Shown piece by piece: positions 46,888 to 64,000 of a DNA stretch of 64,000 nt. Each line of letters starts with the position of its first letter. The stretch's first letter is position 1. The stretch lies in contig OZ024759.1 of NCBI GenBank assembly GCA_964016885.1, positions 10,912,001 through 10,976,000 of the forward strand, given 5' to 3'. The notes under the pieces are model-generated. The model was given only the letters and a program-made list of their open reading frames with translations, was not told the DNA's origin and ran no database searches. The stretch comes from Eledone cirrhosa (lineage: Eukaryota). Made by a program: the position numbers and the translations under genes.

Positions 46888-47790
46888 TTAAGAGCGCTGC
46901 GATCGAATGTGGCTTTTTAGCCCAGCCAATGATCTAAAATGTCTTGCACAGAGTCGGCAACCAAAACATTCACTGGGAATAGCCGGCTGTGGTTGGAGTT
47001 CATGTACTTTTGCATGTCGTTTGAGCCCTCCTGCTGATTTACATTCTCTACCACATGCTTGGCAAGCATGATGAGTAGCATCTCCAACAGCAGCCTGGTA
47101 GTCAACCACTGGTCTTACTTTATGACTGCAAAGATGACTTTCGAGTCTAGCTTTGCTTAGGCAGAGTCTCGCACAGACGCTGCATGTCAGCACCATAGGA
47201 GGACCCTCACCGTCTGGAAATGCAACAGCAATGCCCTTCCTCACATCCCGCTTTACTTTCTTGTATGCGATTCGAGATGCCTCAAAGGCAACTTTCCCCT
47301 CATATACAGTCTTTCTCCATTTCTTACGATCAGCAGCAACATTTTCCCATTTATCAGCAGAGATGTTAGCGTCTTTCAGAGAGGCTTTCAAGGAATCCTT
47401 ATACCTCTTTTTTGGTTTATGTGGCGGTCGTTTTCCTTTAACTAACTCTCCATAAAAGAGTTGTTTTGGTATTCTAGAATCCTTCATCCTGGCAAGGTGA
47501 CCACTCCAACGGAGTTGTTGCTTAAGCACAAGAGCTTCTATACTGTCACACAGAGAGCTTCCCAAAATCTCGACATCACTGATGTGGTCCCTCCAGTGAA
47601 CGCCATGGATCCGTCTGAGACACATCTGATGGAAATGCTCCAATTGCTTAAGGTGGTGTCGATATGGGACCCAGGTCTCGCAGGCATAAAGAAGAGAAGA
47701 GAGTACATATGCCTTGTACACCTTTACCTTTGTCTTCTTGCATATGTCTCGCCGACCCCAGAGTCGCCTTTCTAGCTTTCCGAAAGCTTC
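46888..47790 (-). mobile_element. 5'-truncated RTE/BovB-like LINE ORF2 C-terminus with C2H2-type zinc fingers
   Basis: AFGKL..TKVKVYKAYVLSSLLYACETW..LEHFHQMCLRRI..QLRWSGHLARM..IPKQLFYGEL..KKRYKDSLK, followed by three CxxC...H motifs. Confidence 0.88.
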
Positions 47791-47907
47791 CCATACATAC
47801 ACACACTCATGTATATTAATGTAAAAGGTAAACAGAAATAACGACACAAACACTACAGTATATGGAAGGAATATATTAGTTTAAATCTTGAAATAGCAGG
47901 AAGAGGG

Positions 47908-47943
47908 TCTTAACGTTTTGGATGCTAGTCCTTCATCAGAAGA
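47908..47943 (-). ncRNA. Decayed minimal hammerhead (family C, G12 changed to A)
   Basis: UCUU-CUGAUGA-A-GGA cuagca UCC-AAAA-CG-UU^AAGA. Palindromic ACGU stem III. The change is consistent with CpG decay of CCGAAA. Confidence 0.55.
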
Positions 47944-49160
47944 AAGAATGAGTGAGAAATTAGAAAGATTAAAGGGATGGGCAGGGCGGAATCAGAAAAA
48001 ATGTTTAAACCAGCCATATCTGGCCAGAATTCTCTTGGGAAACTGTTGATGCTGGTGTTTTGTATGATGTACTTTTTTTTAGAAAAGTGGATGATGGAGT
48101 GCGTCTATCTAAATCGGAAAAAAAACCGAACCTCTTGTATATAGAGCTATATATATATTCATTTGATTAACCCTTTAGTATTTACATTACTCTATTTTTA
48201 CTATTATATTTTTGTGGTAAAGGCTTTACCTGACATAATTATTTCACATAATGTGAAGGTGCATGGCTTAGTGGTTAGAGCATTGGGCTTGCAATCGAAA
48301 GGTTGTGAGTTCAATTCTCAGACAGGGTGATGTGTTGTTTCCTTGAGCAAGACACTTTATTTCACATTGCTCTAGTTTACTCAGCTATAGAAATGAGATG
48401 ATAGGACTGGGTTCCCTATCATTCCACTGCAAAGGGGTTGTGGAGGTGCCACGGCAAAAAAACACCCAGCCCACACTGTAAAGTGGACGTGGAGGTGCCA
48501 CGGAAAAAAAAAACACCCAGCCCACACTGTAAATGAGGTTGGTTTTAGGAAAGGCATCCAGCTGTAGAAATCAAGCCAGAATCAGTTCCCGTACGAGCAA
48601 GACAAGGTCAGCCAACCGGACACTGCCAACATCAGGACAACCTGTCTAACCCATGGTAGCGTGGAAGAATGGACGTAAAACGGTGATGGTGATGAATATT
48701 GAATCTATGAGATTTTAATATTATTTGTTTTGAGATCAATACCTTAACAGCAGTATGAGTGGCCAGTTACAGTCAGTTTGAACAGAAAGAGGTGAGAGAA
48801 TTCTGGCCAGATATGGCTGGTTTAAATGCTAAAGGGTTGTAGTGAGTCTAGTTACTCTGGAGTTTTGTCTGTTTATCACAGGGTCATCAGACATCTTGAC
48901 CCTGTGATAAGGAACTCCAGAGTAACTAGACTCACTCTTGACCCTGTGATAAACAAGTGGAACTCTAGAGTAACTAGACTCATTCTTGACCCTGTGATAA
49001 ACAAGTGGAACTCTAGAGTAACTAGACTCACTACTTAGCTTAAATAAAATTAACATTTAACTCTACTTTGGTATTGTGTACAGTTTTCTCTCTTCTGTCA
49101 ACTACACATGGATATATATATATGTACAAAGCAGAATTTTCTGCTTTTGAAGTGTTGAGA

Positions 49161-53625
<4,465 letters not shown>

Positions 53626-55128
53626 GTATCATCATCATCGTTTAACGTCCATCTTCCACGCTTGCATGGGTTTGGACGGGAATTTTCCCACTTGAGGCAA
53701 GATTGGTTGTTTTGCTCGTATAGGACTGTCTGGCGGGTTTTCTACGGCTGGATGCCCTTCCTAACACCAACCACGTTTACAGTGTGGACTGGGAGGTTTC
53801 TACCGTGTTACCTACACGGCCACATTACAGCATGGACTGTGTGTTTTTTTTTTTTGTCGTGACACCTACACGACCTCATTTGTTTCGGACTGGATGTTGT
53901 GGTACTAACATAACTTTACATTGAAAGGGGGTGGTGTGGATGGGGTGGGGGTAGTGGGATGGGGGTATAATTTTGTTAGAGGTGCCTTCTGACTGTAGGT
54001 TTCTCTTTGTACTTAGGCAAGGCAGGTCTTCTGTATTACTGTGTATCACCAAAGATCTCGGTCCAGTGACATTGTCTTGGAGAGGTGTAAGTGTGTGAGG
54101 TCGGAATTTATCAAGTTGTCCCAGGTTTTTCTGGGTCTGCCTACTCCGTGGCTACCGTCTATTTTTATCGCCCTGCACTTTTTTATACAGCTGTCGTCTT
54201 TCATGCGCATCACGTGACCGTACCAACGTAGTCTTCTCTCGAGTAAACAACATCTGATCCCTCATATATATATATATATATGTATGTATGTATAAGTCTA
54301 AAGAAAGTGCTCAAGTGCTGAAATATTAGCTTATAAAATAGGGTGAACACCCTTAACCCTTTAGCATTTAAATCGGCCATATCCGGATAGAATTTTCTCA
54401 CCTCTTTCTGTTCAAACCTGCCATAACTGGCCACCCATACTGATGTTAAAGTATTGTTCTTAAAATAGTGTAATACCAGTGTAAGGAGTGTACAGTATTG
54501 TGTAAGGAGTGTATTAGTATTGTGTGACCAGTGTAAGGAGTGTATTAGTATTGTGTGACCAGTGTAAGGAGTGTATTAGTATTGTGTGACCAGTGTAAGG
54601 AGTGTACATGTTAGATCATTATTTAAATGTTAAATAGTTAAATAGTTTCTGATTTTGGCACAAGGTCAACAATTTGGTGGCATGTCGGGGGGGGGGGGGG
54701 GGGGGGGGAGAAAGTTGATTAAATTGACTCCAGTGCATTACTGGTACTCGGTAGAGCTGAATATTTTGTGTCATTCTTCTGCTTCAAGCCACCTGTAACA
54801 CCCTCCTGTTATTCTGGAAGTATTATACTTTGAATATTTTTATTAATTATTTACATTGAGCGTGTTTCATTGGCAGCAATTGGCAGAGTGTCAGTCAACA
54901 TGCTTTGTAGCATAGAGTTACGTCCCTTTACGTTCCAAGTTCAAATCCTGCCATGGTGAGCTTTGCAAGGAGGAAAAGCAAAGCTAACCATGGCATTATT
55001 TGAACTCAGAACATAAAGGGACGTAACTCTATGCTGCAAAACATGTTGACTGACACTCTACCAATTACTGCCCACCCACTGGTCAACACAAAATGTTCTG
55101 CTTCGAATTAGTTCCCTCAACTGTTCTT

Positions 55129-55749
55129 TTGACAAAGGGGTTTTATTCTGAAATATTAAGGACATCATCATCATCATCATATCGTCACCATTTGACAAAG
55201 GGGTTTTATTCTGAAATATTAAGGACATCATCATCATCATCATATCGTCACCATTTGACAAAGGGGTTTTATTCTGAAATATTAAGGACATCATCATCAT
55301 CATCATATCGTCACCATTTGACAAAGGGGTTTTATTCTGAAATATTAAGGACATCATCATCATCATCATATCGTCACCATTTGACAAAGGGGTTTTATTC
55401 TGAAATATTAAGGACATCATCATCATCATCATATCGTCACCATTTGACAAAGGGGTTTTATTCTGAAATATTAAGGACATCATCATCATCATCATATCGT
55501 CACCATTTGACAAGGGGGTTTTATTCTGAAATATTAAGGACATCATCATCACCATATCGTCACCATTTGACAAGGGGGTTTTATTCTGAAATATTAAGGA
55601 CATCATCATCACCATATCGTCACCATTTGACAAAGGGGTTTTATTCTGAAATATTAAGGACATCATCATCATCATATCGTCACCATTTGACAAAGGGGTT
55701 TTATTCTGAAATATTAAGGACATCATCACCACATCGTCACCATTTGACA
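55129..55749. repeat. 57-63 bp tandem repeat with a variable internal (CAT)n, about 10 copies
   Basis: TTTGACAAAGGGGTTTTATTCTGAAATATTAAGGA(CAT)nATCGTCACCA. Confidence 0.95.
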
Positions 55750-56215
55750 TCTCTCTCATATTTAATGTCCCATTTGTATTGTTCTAACTTTGTAATGAAA
55801 CACTGTTTTCTACTCTTTAAAAAATAATTCAAATAATTTTGAAAATGTGTTTGCTTTCTGGTGGGAAGCTGCCACGATGCAGATAGTTATCTGCAAATAA
55901 TAGTTGAATAAGTTGGTTAAAATACCTCCCTGTAGAGGGAATAAATTAACGTTTGCAGGGGCTTGAGGTCATGTGACCTTGGGCACAGTTGGATCGAAGA
56001 GTCTTCCTTTTTGACCCCATCCCCCTCCCATGACTAGGCTGAAATATTTCATGAGATAAGACTCAACAATATTGTGTTATACATTGGCAACATCACATTC
56101 ATGATCATTGTCATCATCACCACCACTACCACCACCACCATCATCATCATGACTACCACTACCACTACCACCATCATCATCATCATCATTTAACCCTTTA
56201 CCATTTACATTACAT

Positions 56216-56558
56216 GGATGCACAAGGCTTAGTGGTTAGAGCATTGGCCTTGCAATCGAAAGGTCGTGAGTTCAATTCTAAGACTGGGTGATGTGTTGTT
56301 TCCTTGAGCAAGACACTTTATTTCACATTGCTCCAGTTTACTCAGCTGTAGAAATGAGATGATAGGGACTGGGGTCCCTATCATTCCACTGCAAAGTGGT
56401 CGTGGAGGTGCCACGGCAAAAAAGCACCCAGCCCACACTGTAAATGAGGTTGGTGTTGGGAAGGGCATCCAGCTGTAGAAATCAAGCCAGAATCAGTTCC
56501 CGTCCCACCCTTGCAAGCAGGGAAAAAACAGACGTAAAATGAAATGATGATGATGATG
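56216..56558 (+). mobile_element. tRNA-derived SINE family 2 with RTE-type tail. Other copies: 48258-48690 (+); 1-112, 7035-7335, 31470-31782, 37100-37425, 52745-53064 (-)
   Basis: GGCTTAGTGGTTAGAGCA (A box)..GAGTTCAATTC (B box)..CCTTGAGCAAGACACTTTATTTCACATTGCTCCAG core..GGCATCCAGCTGTAGAAA..CCCACCCTTGCAAGCAGGG(ATG)n. Confidence 0.85.
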
Positions 56559-57748
56559 AATGATTACTCTATATTTACTATTATATTTTAATGGTAAAAC
56601 CTTTATCTCACATAAATATCTCACATAATATCGAATCTATAAGACTTTGATATTATTTATTTTGAGGACAATACCTTAACATCAGTATGAGTGGCTTGTT
56701 ATGGCCAGTTTGAACAGAAAGAGTTGAAAGAAATATGGCCAGATATGTCTGGTTTAAATACTAAAAGGTTAATATCTGTATTCCCTTCTAGTAAGGGTTT
56801 GACATGGACAGGTGGCCAGAGATCAAATCACTACTTAATCAGTGATATTAATCTCTTAGAGAGGCGGGGACGGGGGGGGGGGGCACATCTCACATAGTCA
56901 CATATTTTACAGAGTGTAGTGGGTGGTGGAGGTGGTGATGATGATGATGGGGGGTAGTAGTGATAATGATGGCTGTGATGATAATGATGATGGTGGAAAT
57001 AATGATGATAGCAGTGGTGGAGGTGATGATAATGATAGTAGTAATGGTGATGATGATGGTGTTGGTAGTGGTGATGGTGGTGATAATGATGATAGTAGTG
57101 GTGATGGTGATGGTGATGGTGATGATGATGGTCTAATCTTGTTCCCCTTCAAGCCTAACACAACAATGTCCACATGTCTGTTAACAATAATTCAAGACAA
57201 ACCACAATAACAAGAAGCATTTTAATAACCTTTTAACCATTTTCTCTGCTAAACCAAGGGTCAAGCTCTCCCCTATTCTCTACATACATTCTCACCAAAT
57301 CCCTGGCTTTTATTTCCACCTTATAAACCTGAATATTTTCAAATGAAACTCCACACAAACATTACACAAAATATATTTCATTTTTTGAAAAATCAAATCA
57401 AAACAAGATAAAACAAATTAATGTTTATTTCCAAATCCGACGAATTTCTCGTCCGCCTTTTTAACCTTGTGTCAACGTACGGAAAGAAATATCCGGTCAG
57501 CCGAAGAATTATGGACTAAATGTAAACAGGTTACATTACACATTATTACACCGGTCCAAAGAAAAAAGAAGAAGCGAGAGATACATTTGACGGCTTGTTT
57601 GTTGTTTTGTTTGCCTTCTTTAAATATCTAATACAAAGGTCGATGTGATAAAAACAACATATATATATATTTAAAAATGCGATTTGGGAGTATAATATAT
57701 ACACCAAAATTTATATCAGACATAGTAGGTCGAATACAGCGGAACAAA

Positions 57749-57912
57749 ATGTTGGTGAAAGTAGCTGCCTTCTCTGGTCTGGGTGCTTTACTCGTCCATT
57801 CTGCTAGAATACCTTTATCCTTAGCTGGACTTGGTGTTTTTGGTGCTTATGTTATTACTGGTGGATGGCATTTCATATGGGTTATCTGCAACACATTAGG
57901 ACGAGATCTATG
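57749..57912 (+). CDS. First coding exon of a long-chain fatty acid transport protein (FATP1/FATP4, SLC27A1/4-like); the gene continues beyond the window
   Basis: MLVKVAAFSGLGALLVHSARIPLSLAGLGVFGAYVITGGWHFIWVICNTLGRDL resembles the FATP1/4 N-terminus (hydrophobic segment, then GGWRF.....T.RRD). Donor tg/gtcagt. An in-frame upstream ATG exists at 57677. Confidence 0.75.
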
Positions 57913-58361
57913 GTCAGTCAACAACTTTGCTTTTATGTTTTCTGTTTTAATTTCTTCTTACCATTTCTTACCTTAATTCTTTCTTCAGGATTATATATTT
58001 ATTATTCCATTCACACACCCTTTCCCGTTTATTCATCCCCCCTCCCCCCCGGGGGGTGTAACATACACTTTCTCTATTCTGTCTGCTGGGTCCATGATGC
58101 GGCTTCTTTCACCCGTGTTTTCAGTCTTGTCCCACATTCTCCAGGTATATATATATATATAATATATATATATATATGTATGTATATATATATATATATA
58201 TATATACATGGAGAATATGGGACAAGACTGAAAACCCGGGTGAAAGAATGCGGCTTCTTTCACCCGCGTTTTCAGTCTTGTCCCACATTCTCCAGGTGTA
58301 TATATATATATATATTATACAATATTAAATAAATGGAAAACTATATTTATAAAACCATATT

Positions 58362-58427
58362 TATTTCATTATATATATTTCGGGGATATCATATTAACAA
58401 TATGCTATGCCTTCATCAGACAAAATA
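58362..58427 (-). ncRNA. Minimal type-I hammerhead ribozyme (family A, inverted partner of 58585-58650)
   Basis: Reverse-complement copy within the 58318-58694 palindrome. Confidence 0.75.
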
Positions 58428-58584
58428 CAATATAAACAGTTTTATAGATAAATATATTCGACATACCGTAATAAACATCAACTTCATTTGAAGAGGTTTA
58501 CGCTAGCAGAGTGAACCTCTTCAAATGAAGTTGATGTTTATTACGGTATGTCGAATATATTTATCTATAAAACTGTTTATATTG

Positions 58585-58650
58585 TATTTTGTCTGATGAA
58601 GGCATAGCATATTGTTAATATGATATCCCCGAAATATATATAATGAAATA
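58585..58650 (+). ncRNA. Minimal type-I hammerhead ribozyme (family A)
   Basis: UAUUUUGU-CUGAUGA-AGGCAUAGCAUAUU guu AAUAUGAUAUCCCC-GAAA-U AUAU A-UA^AUGAAAUA. Stem I is kept through G-U pairs. Confidence 0.75.
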
Positions 58651-58862
58651 AATATGGTTTTATAAATATAGTTTTCCATTTATTTAATATTGTAAATATA
58701 CTCCAAATATTTGTCGAGTGCTTTTATATCAGTTATAAATATTTACTAGTTGTAACCCAACAATTTTAAATATAACTTTACATATATATATTATATATAT
58801 ATACCTGGAGAATGTGGGACAAGACTCAAAACCCGGGTGAAAGAAGCCGCATCATGGACCCA

Positions 58863-58921
<59 letters not shown>

Positions 58922-59198
58922 AAAACAGACGAGAGAGTGTGTTTATCGATGTTTGAGCTCATAAATTACAGGGACTAACGCGAGTTTATGACTCCGTTAA
59001 CTTATATATATATATATATATATATAAGATTTAATATAGAACTGTTTCATTCGAAGGAAATCACCAGGAAAGCCTTACTGTGGTTACCCCTGATTGAACC
59101 CGGGACTCACACATACACACACATATATGAACCAGCTGTTGAAATAGCAAGAGCTCAGCCGTCGATTCGGCAAGAGCTCAGCCGTCGATTCCCAACTC

Positions 59199-59255
<57 letters not shown>

Positions 59256-59329
59256 CGATGCTTCACTATTCTTTGTCATGTTTTGTAGATTTTGTTCAAT
59301 TTCCAGACGAATTTATCTTAATTCACCGA

Positions 59330-60362
59330 ATATGTTGATATATATATATATATATAATATGTTGATGTATATATATATAAATATGTTGATGTATATATAT
59401 AAATATTTATATATATTTATATATAAATATGTTGATATAAATATGTTGAGATATATATAAATATGTTGATATAAATATGTTGAGATATATATATATATGT
59501 ATATATAAATATGTTGATATATATATATATGTATATATAAATATGTTGATATATATATATATGTATATATAAATATGTTGATATATATATATATATAAAT
59601 ATGTTGATATATATATATATATAAATATGTTGATATATATATATATATATAAATATGTTGATATATATATATATGTATATATAAATATGTTGATATATAT
59701 ATATATGTATATATAAATATGTTGATATATATATATATGTATATATAAATATGTTGATATATATATATATGTATATATAAATATGTTGATATATATATAT
59801 ATGTATATATAAATATGTTGATATATATATATGTATATATAAATATGTTGATATATATATATATATAATGTGGATGTATAAATATATAAATATGTTGATA
59901 TATATATATATATAATGTGGATGTATAAATATATATGTATATATAAATATGTTGATTTATATATATATATAATGTGGATGTATAAATATATGTTGATATA
60001 TATATATATATATATATATATAGTGTGGATGTATAAATATATGTTGATATATATATATATATATATATATATCGTGTGGATGTATAAATATATGTTGACA
60101 TATACAGTGGGTAAATGTGGAATTATAAGTTGATGTATATACATTGCGGATGTGTGTAAAAGGCAAACAGAAATAAATCAAACGACACAGTAGAAGACAT
60201 AAAATTCTGGTAATGAAATGTCTTAAGATATTGTCGAAGTGGAAGGAAAATAAGAAATTCAGAAGAATTTGTACACACACACATATATATATAAATATAT
60301 AGACACACACACACATATATATATATAGACACACACACACACATATATATATAAATATATAG

Positions 60363-60409
<47 letters not shown>

Positions 60410-60611
60410 CATATATATATATATATATAGGCACACACACACACATATATATATATATAGACACACACATATATATATATATAGACACACACATATATAT
60501 ATATATAGACACACACACATATATATATATATAGACACACACATATATATATATATAGACACACACATATATATATATACACACACACACACATATATAT
60601 AGACACAGACG

Positions 60612-60658
<47 letters not shown>

Positions 60659-60854
60659 TTATATATATATACACACATATATATATACACACATATATAT
60701 ATATACACACACACATACATACACACACACAAATATATACACAGAGACGGGCGCACACATAAAACACACATACATACATACAGACAAACGCGAAAATACA
60801 TATATATATATTTATATATATATACATAGATAGACGCATACATACACACGCACA

Positions 60855-60902
<48 letters not shown>

Positions 60903-61333
60903 AACATTGTTGACATGAAAAAATCTCCACCCTTCTTATTTATCAACATACATAGAATATTTCTCCAGCCGTGGTCTTGTTCTCCGAAGCGTCAACATAT
61001 GTGTGTATACACACAGAGGTACATGTATGTATATATATATACACACACAGAGGTACATGTATGTATATATATATACACATGCATGTGTATACACACACAG
61101 AGGTACATGTATGTATATATATATACACATGCATGTGTATACACACACAGAGGTACATGTATGTATATATATATACACACACGGAGGTACATGTATATAT
61201 ATATATACACACACAGAGGTACATGTATGTATATATATATATACACACACAGAGGTACATGTATGTATATATATATATACACACACAGAGGTACATGTAT
61301 GTATATATATATATACACACACAGAGGTACATG

Positions 61334-61365
<32 letters not shown>

Positions 61366-61492
61366 GAGGTACATGTATGTATATATATACACAGAGGTAC
61401 ATGTATATATATATATATATACACATGCATATGTACTCACACACAGGTACATGTATATATATATATATACACATGCATATGTACTCGCATAC

Positions 61493-61544
<52 letters not shown>

Positions 61545-61667
61545 GCATATGTACTCACACACAGGTACATGTATATATATATATATATATATATACACAT
61601 GCATATGTACTCGCATACATGTATATATATATATATATACACACATGCATATGTACTCACACACAGG

Positions 61668-61708
<41 letters not shown>

Positions 61709-61729
61709 GCATATGTACTCACACACAGG

Positions 61730-61766
<37 letters not shown>

Positions 61767-61793
61767 GCATATGTACTCACACACAGGTACATG

Positions 61794-61824
<31 letters not shown>

Positions 61825-62044
61825 GTATATGTACTCACACGCAGGTACATGTATATATATATATATATATACACACACATGCATATGTACTCACACACAG
61901 GTACATTGTCGTTTCCACCTGGATTATCTAATCTTCTAAACTTAATATATATATATATTACCCACTCTACTACCCTAAGTATTGAGTACTTTGGTGCGTT
62001 ATGGTCCATCTGGTTCCTTACCACATTTCCTTCGTTATATATAT

Positions 62045-62102
<58 letters not shown>

Positions 62103-62161
62103 ATCTATGTACGTATATATATGTGTTGTGTGACCACAAATCTAAGCATGTATGATACATC

Positions 62162-62216
<55 letters not shown>

Positions 62217-62365
62217 CGAAGGAAGTGTGGTAAGGAACCAGGTGGACCATAACACACCAGAGTACTCAATACTTAGGGTAGTAGAGTGGGTAATAGGAAA
62301 ATGCCGTCGGGGTTAAACGTTGTCTTCTCTCTCTCTCTCTCTATATATATATGTTTATGTGTATG

Positions 62366-62401
<36 letters not shown>

Positions 62402-62562
62402 CGTGTATGTATATAATGTGTGCGTGTGTATGAATATAATATGTGTGTGTGTATGTATATAATGTATATATATATATATATGTGTGTGTATATAATATAT
62501 ATATTTCTATATATGTGTGTCTGTATGTAATATATATATATATATATGTGTGTGTGTATGTA

Positions 62563-62596
<34 letters not shown>

Positions 62597-62802
62597 ATGT
62601 ATGTAATATATATATATATATATGTGTGTATGTATATAATATATATATATGTATATATGTGTGTGTATATAATGTGTGTATATAATATATATATGTGTGT
62701 ATGTATGTAATATATGTATATATATATGTGTGTATGTATGTAATATATGTATATATATATGTGTGTATGTATGTAATATATATATATATGTGTGTGTATG
62801 TA

Positions 62803-62834
<32 letters not shown>

Positions 62835-63005
62835 ATGTATGTAATATATATATATATATATATGTGTGTATGTATATAATATATATATATGTATATATGT
62901 GTGTGTATATAATGTGTGTATATAATATATATATGTGTGTATGTATGTAATATATGTATATATGTGTGTATGTATGTAATATATATATATATGTGTGTGT
63001 ATGTA

Positions 63006-63041
<36 letters not shown>

Positions 63042-63173
63042 ATGTATGTAATATATATATATATATGTGTGTGTATGTATATAATATATATATATGTATA
63101 TATGTGTGTGTATATAATGTGTGTATATAATATATATATGTGTGTATGTATGTAATATATGTATATATATATG

Positions 63174-63207
<34 letters not shown>

Positions 63208-63340
63208 ATGTAATATATATATATATGTGTGTGTGTATGTAATATATATATGTATGTAATATATATATATATGTGTGTGTATGTAATATATATATGTATG
63301 TAATATATATATATATATAATATATATATATATGTATGTA
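59330..63340. repeat. Compound TA/CA/TG-derived micro- and minisatellite field in the first intron of the FATP-like gene
   Basis: Successive arrays of AAATATGTTG(AT)n, AG(AC)n(AT)n, CAGAGGTACATG(TA)n and (TG)nTATGTAA(TA)n. Confidence 0.93.
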
Positions 63341-63507
63341 TACCTAGTTGGATGAAAGATTCTTTGGATAACCTGCTGTGTATTTCCATTTTTACTTTTT
63401 ACCTATACTCTTTTGTCTATGGAACTTTGCCCACATATATATATATATATATACATACATGTGTGTATGCATATATATATATATACATACATGTGTGTAT
63501 GCATATA

Positions 63508-63551
<44 letters not shown>

Positions 63552-63574
63552 TATACACACACACACAGTGTGTA

Positions 63575-63912
63575 CTCTGACATTCAAGGTCCCGGTTATT
63601 CGCGGAAATTTCCCTTGATTTAGGTGAGATAGAGTAACCTAACTAATAATTGTTCGTGGAAACCATCAAATATTCGCGGAATCATAAATACCTAACGCGA
63701 TTTTTTTAATGGCTTTTTCCGTGGCAATATATATTTCTTCAAGCTTTTTAACACTAAATTAACAACAATATACCGTATTTGCCGGCCTATATCTTACTTC
63801 ATGTTTTGACGTTTATAGGCATTTTTATGGACCATGTACAATATGCGCGGTATTTTTACTCTTCGCGGGTGCTCTAGGAACGTAAGCCCTGCGAATACCA
63901 GAGGGAAAATGT
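63575..63912 (-). mobile_element. Tigger/pogo-like MITE (uninterrupted relative of 3965-4510)
   Basis: Degenerate inverted ends TATTCGCGG / CTGCGAATACCAGAGGG, flanked by TA. Confidence 0.6.
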
Positions 63913-63928
63913 ATATACACATGTATGC

Positions 63929-63972
<44 letters not shown>

Positions 63973-64000
63973 GCATACATGTGTATATACATTTGAGATG

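Noticed and set aside
54687-54708. Poly-G run
   Set aside because: Simple homopolymer inside a degenerate SINE tail, with unreliable length.
56222-56290. tRNA gene candidates at SINE heads
   Set aside because: A/B boxes run directly into a SINE body. There is no complete acceptor stem or terminator, and there are many diverged copies.

Overview
AT-rich, microsatellite-dense animal genomic DNA. The (TA)n/(CAT)n load, RTE LINEs and tRNA-SINEs suggest an octopus-type cephalopod, which is an inference. One complete multi-exon gene lies on +: an INPP5E-type inositol polyphosphate 5-phosphatase with 11 coding exons (24569-43025, about 790 aa, 29-Gln tract, C-terminal CaaX CSVQ). It has a probable upstream non-coding first exon and promoter near 13.8 kb, with an RFX X-box at 13.2 kb. 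The first coding exon of an SLC27A1/4 (FATP)-like gene starts at 57749. Almost all long ORFs in the supplied track are artefacts of tandem repeats or LINE fragments. The most striking non-genic signal is a set of minimal type-I hammerhead ribozyme motifs (CUGANGA...GAAA...UH with a short palindromic stem III) from several distinct sequence families. Three times they occur as 300-390 bp palindromes with one hammerhead per strand, embedded in (TA)n tracts. A Penelope-like GIY-YIG endonuclease remnant lies next to one copy. All structures and splice models were read by eye and have not been computed.
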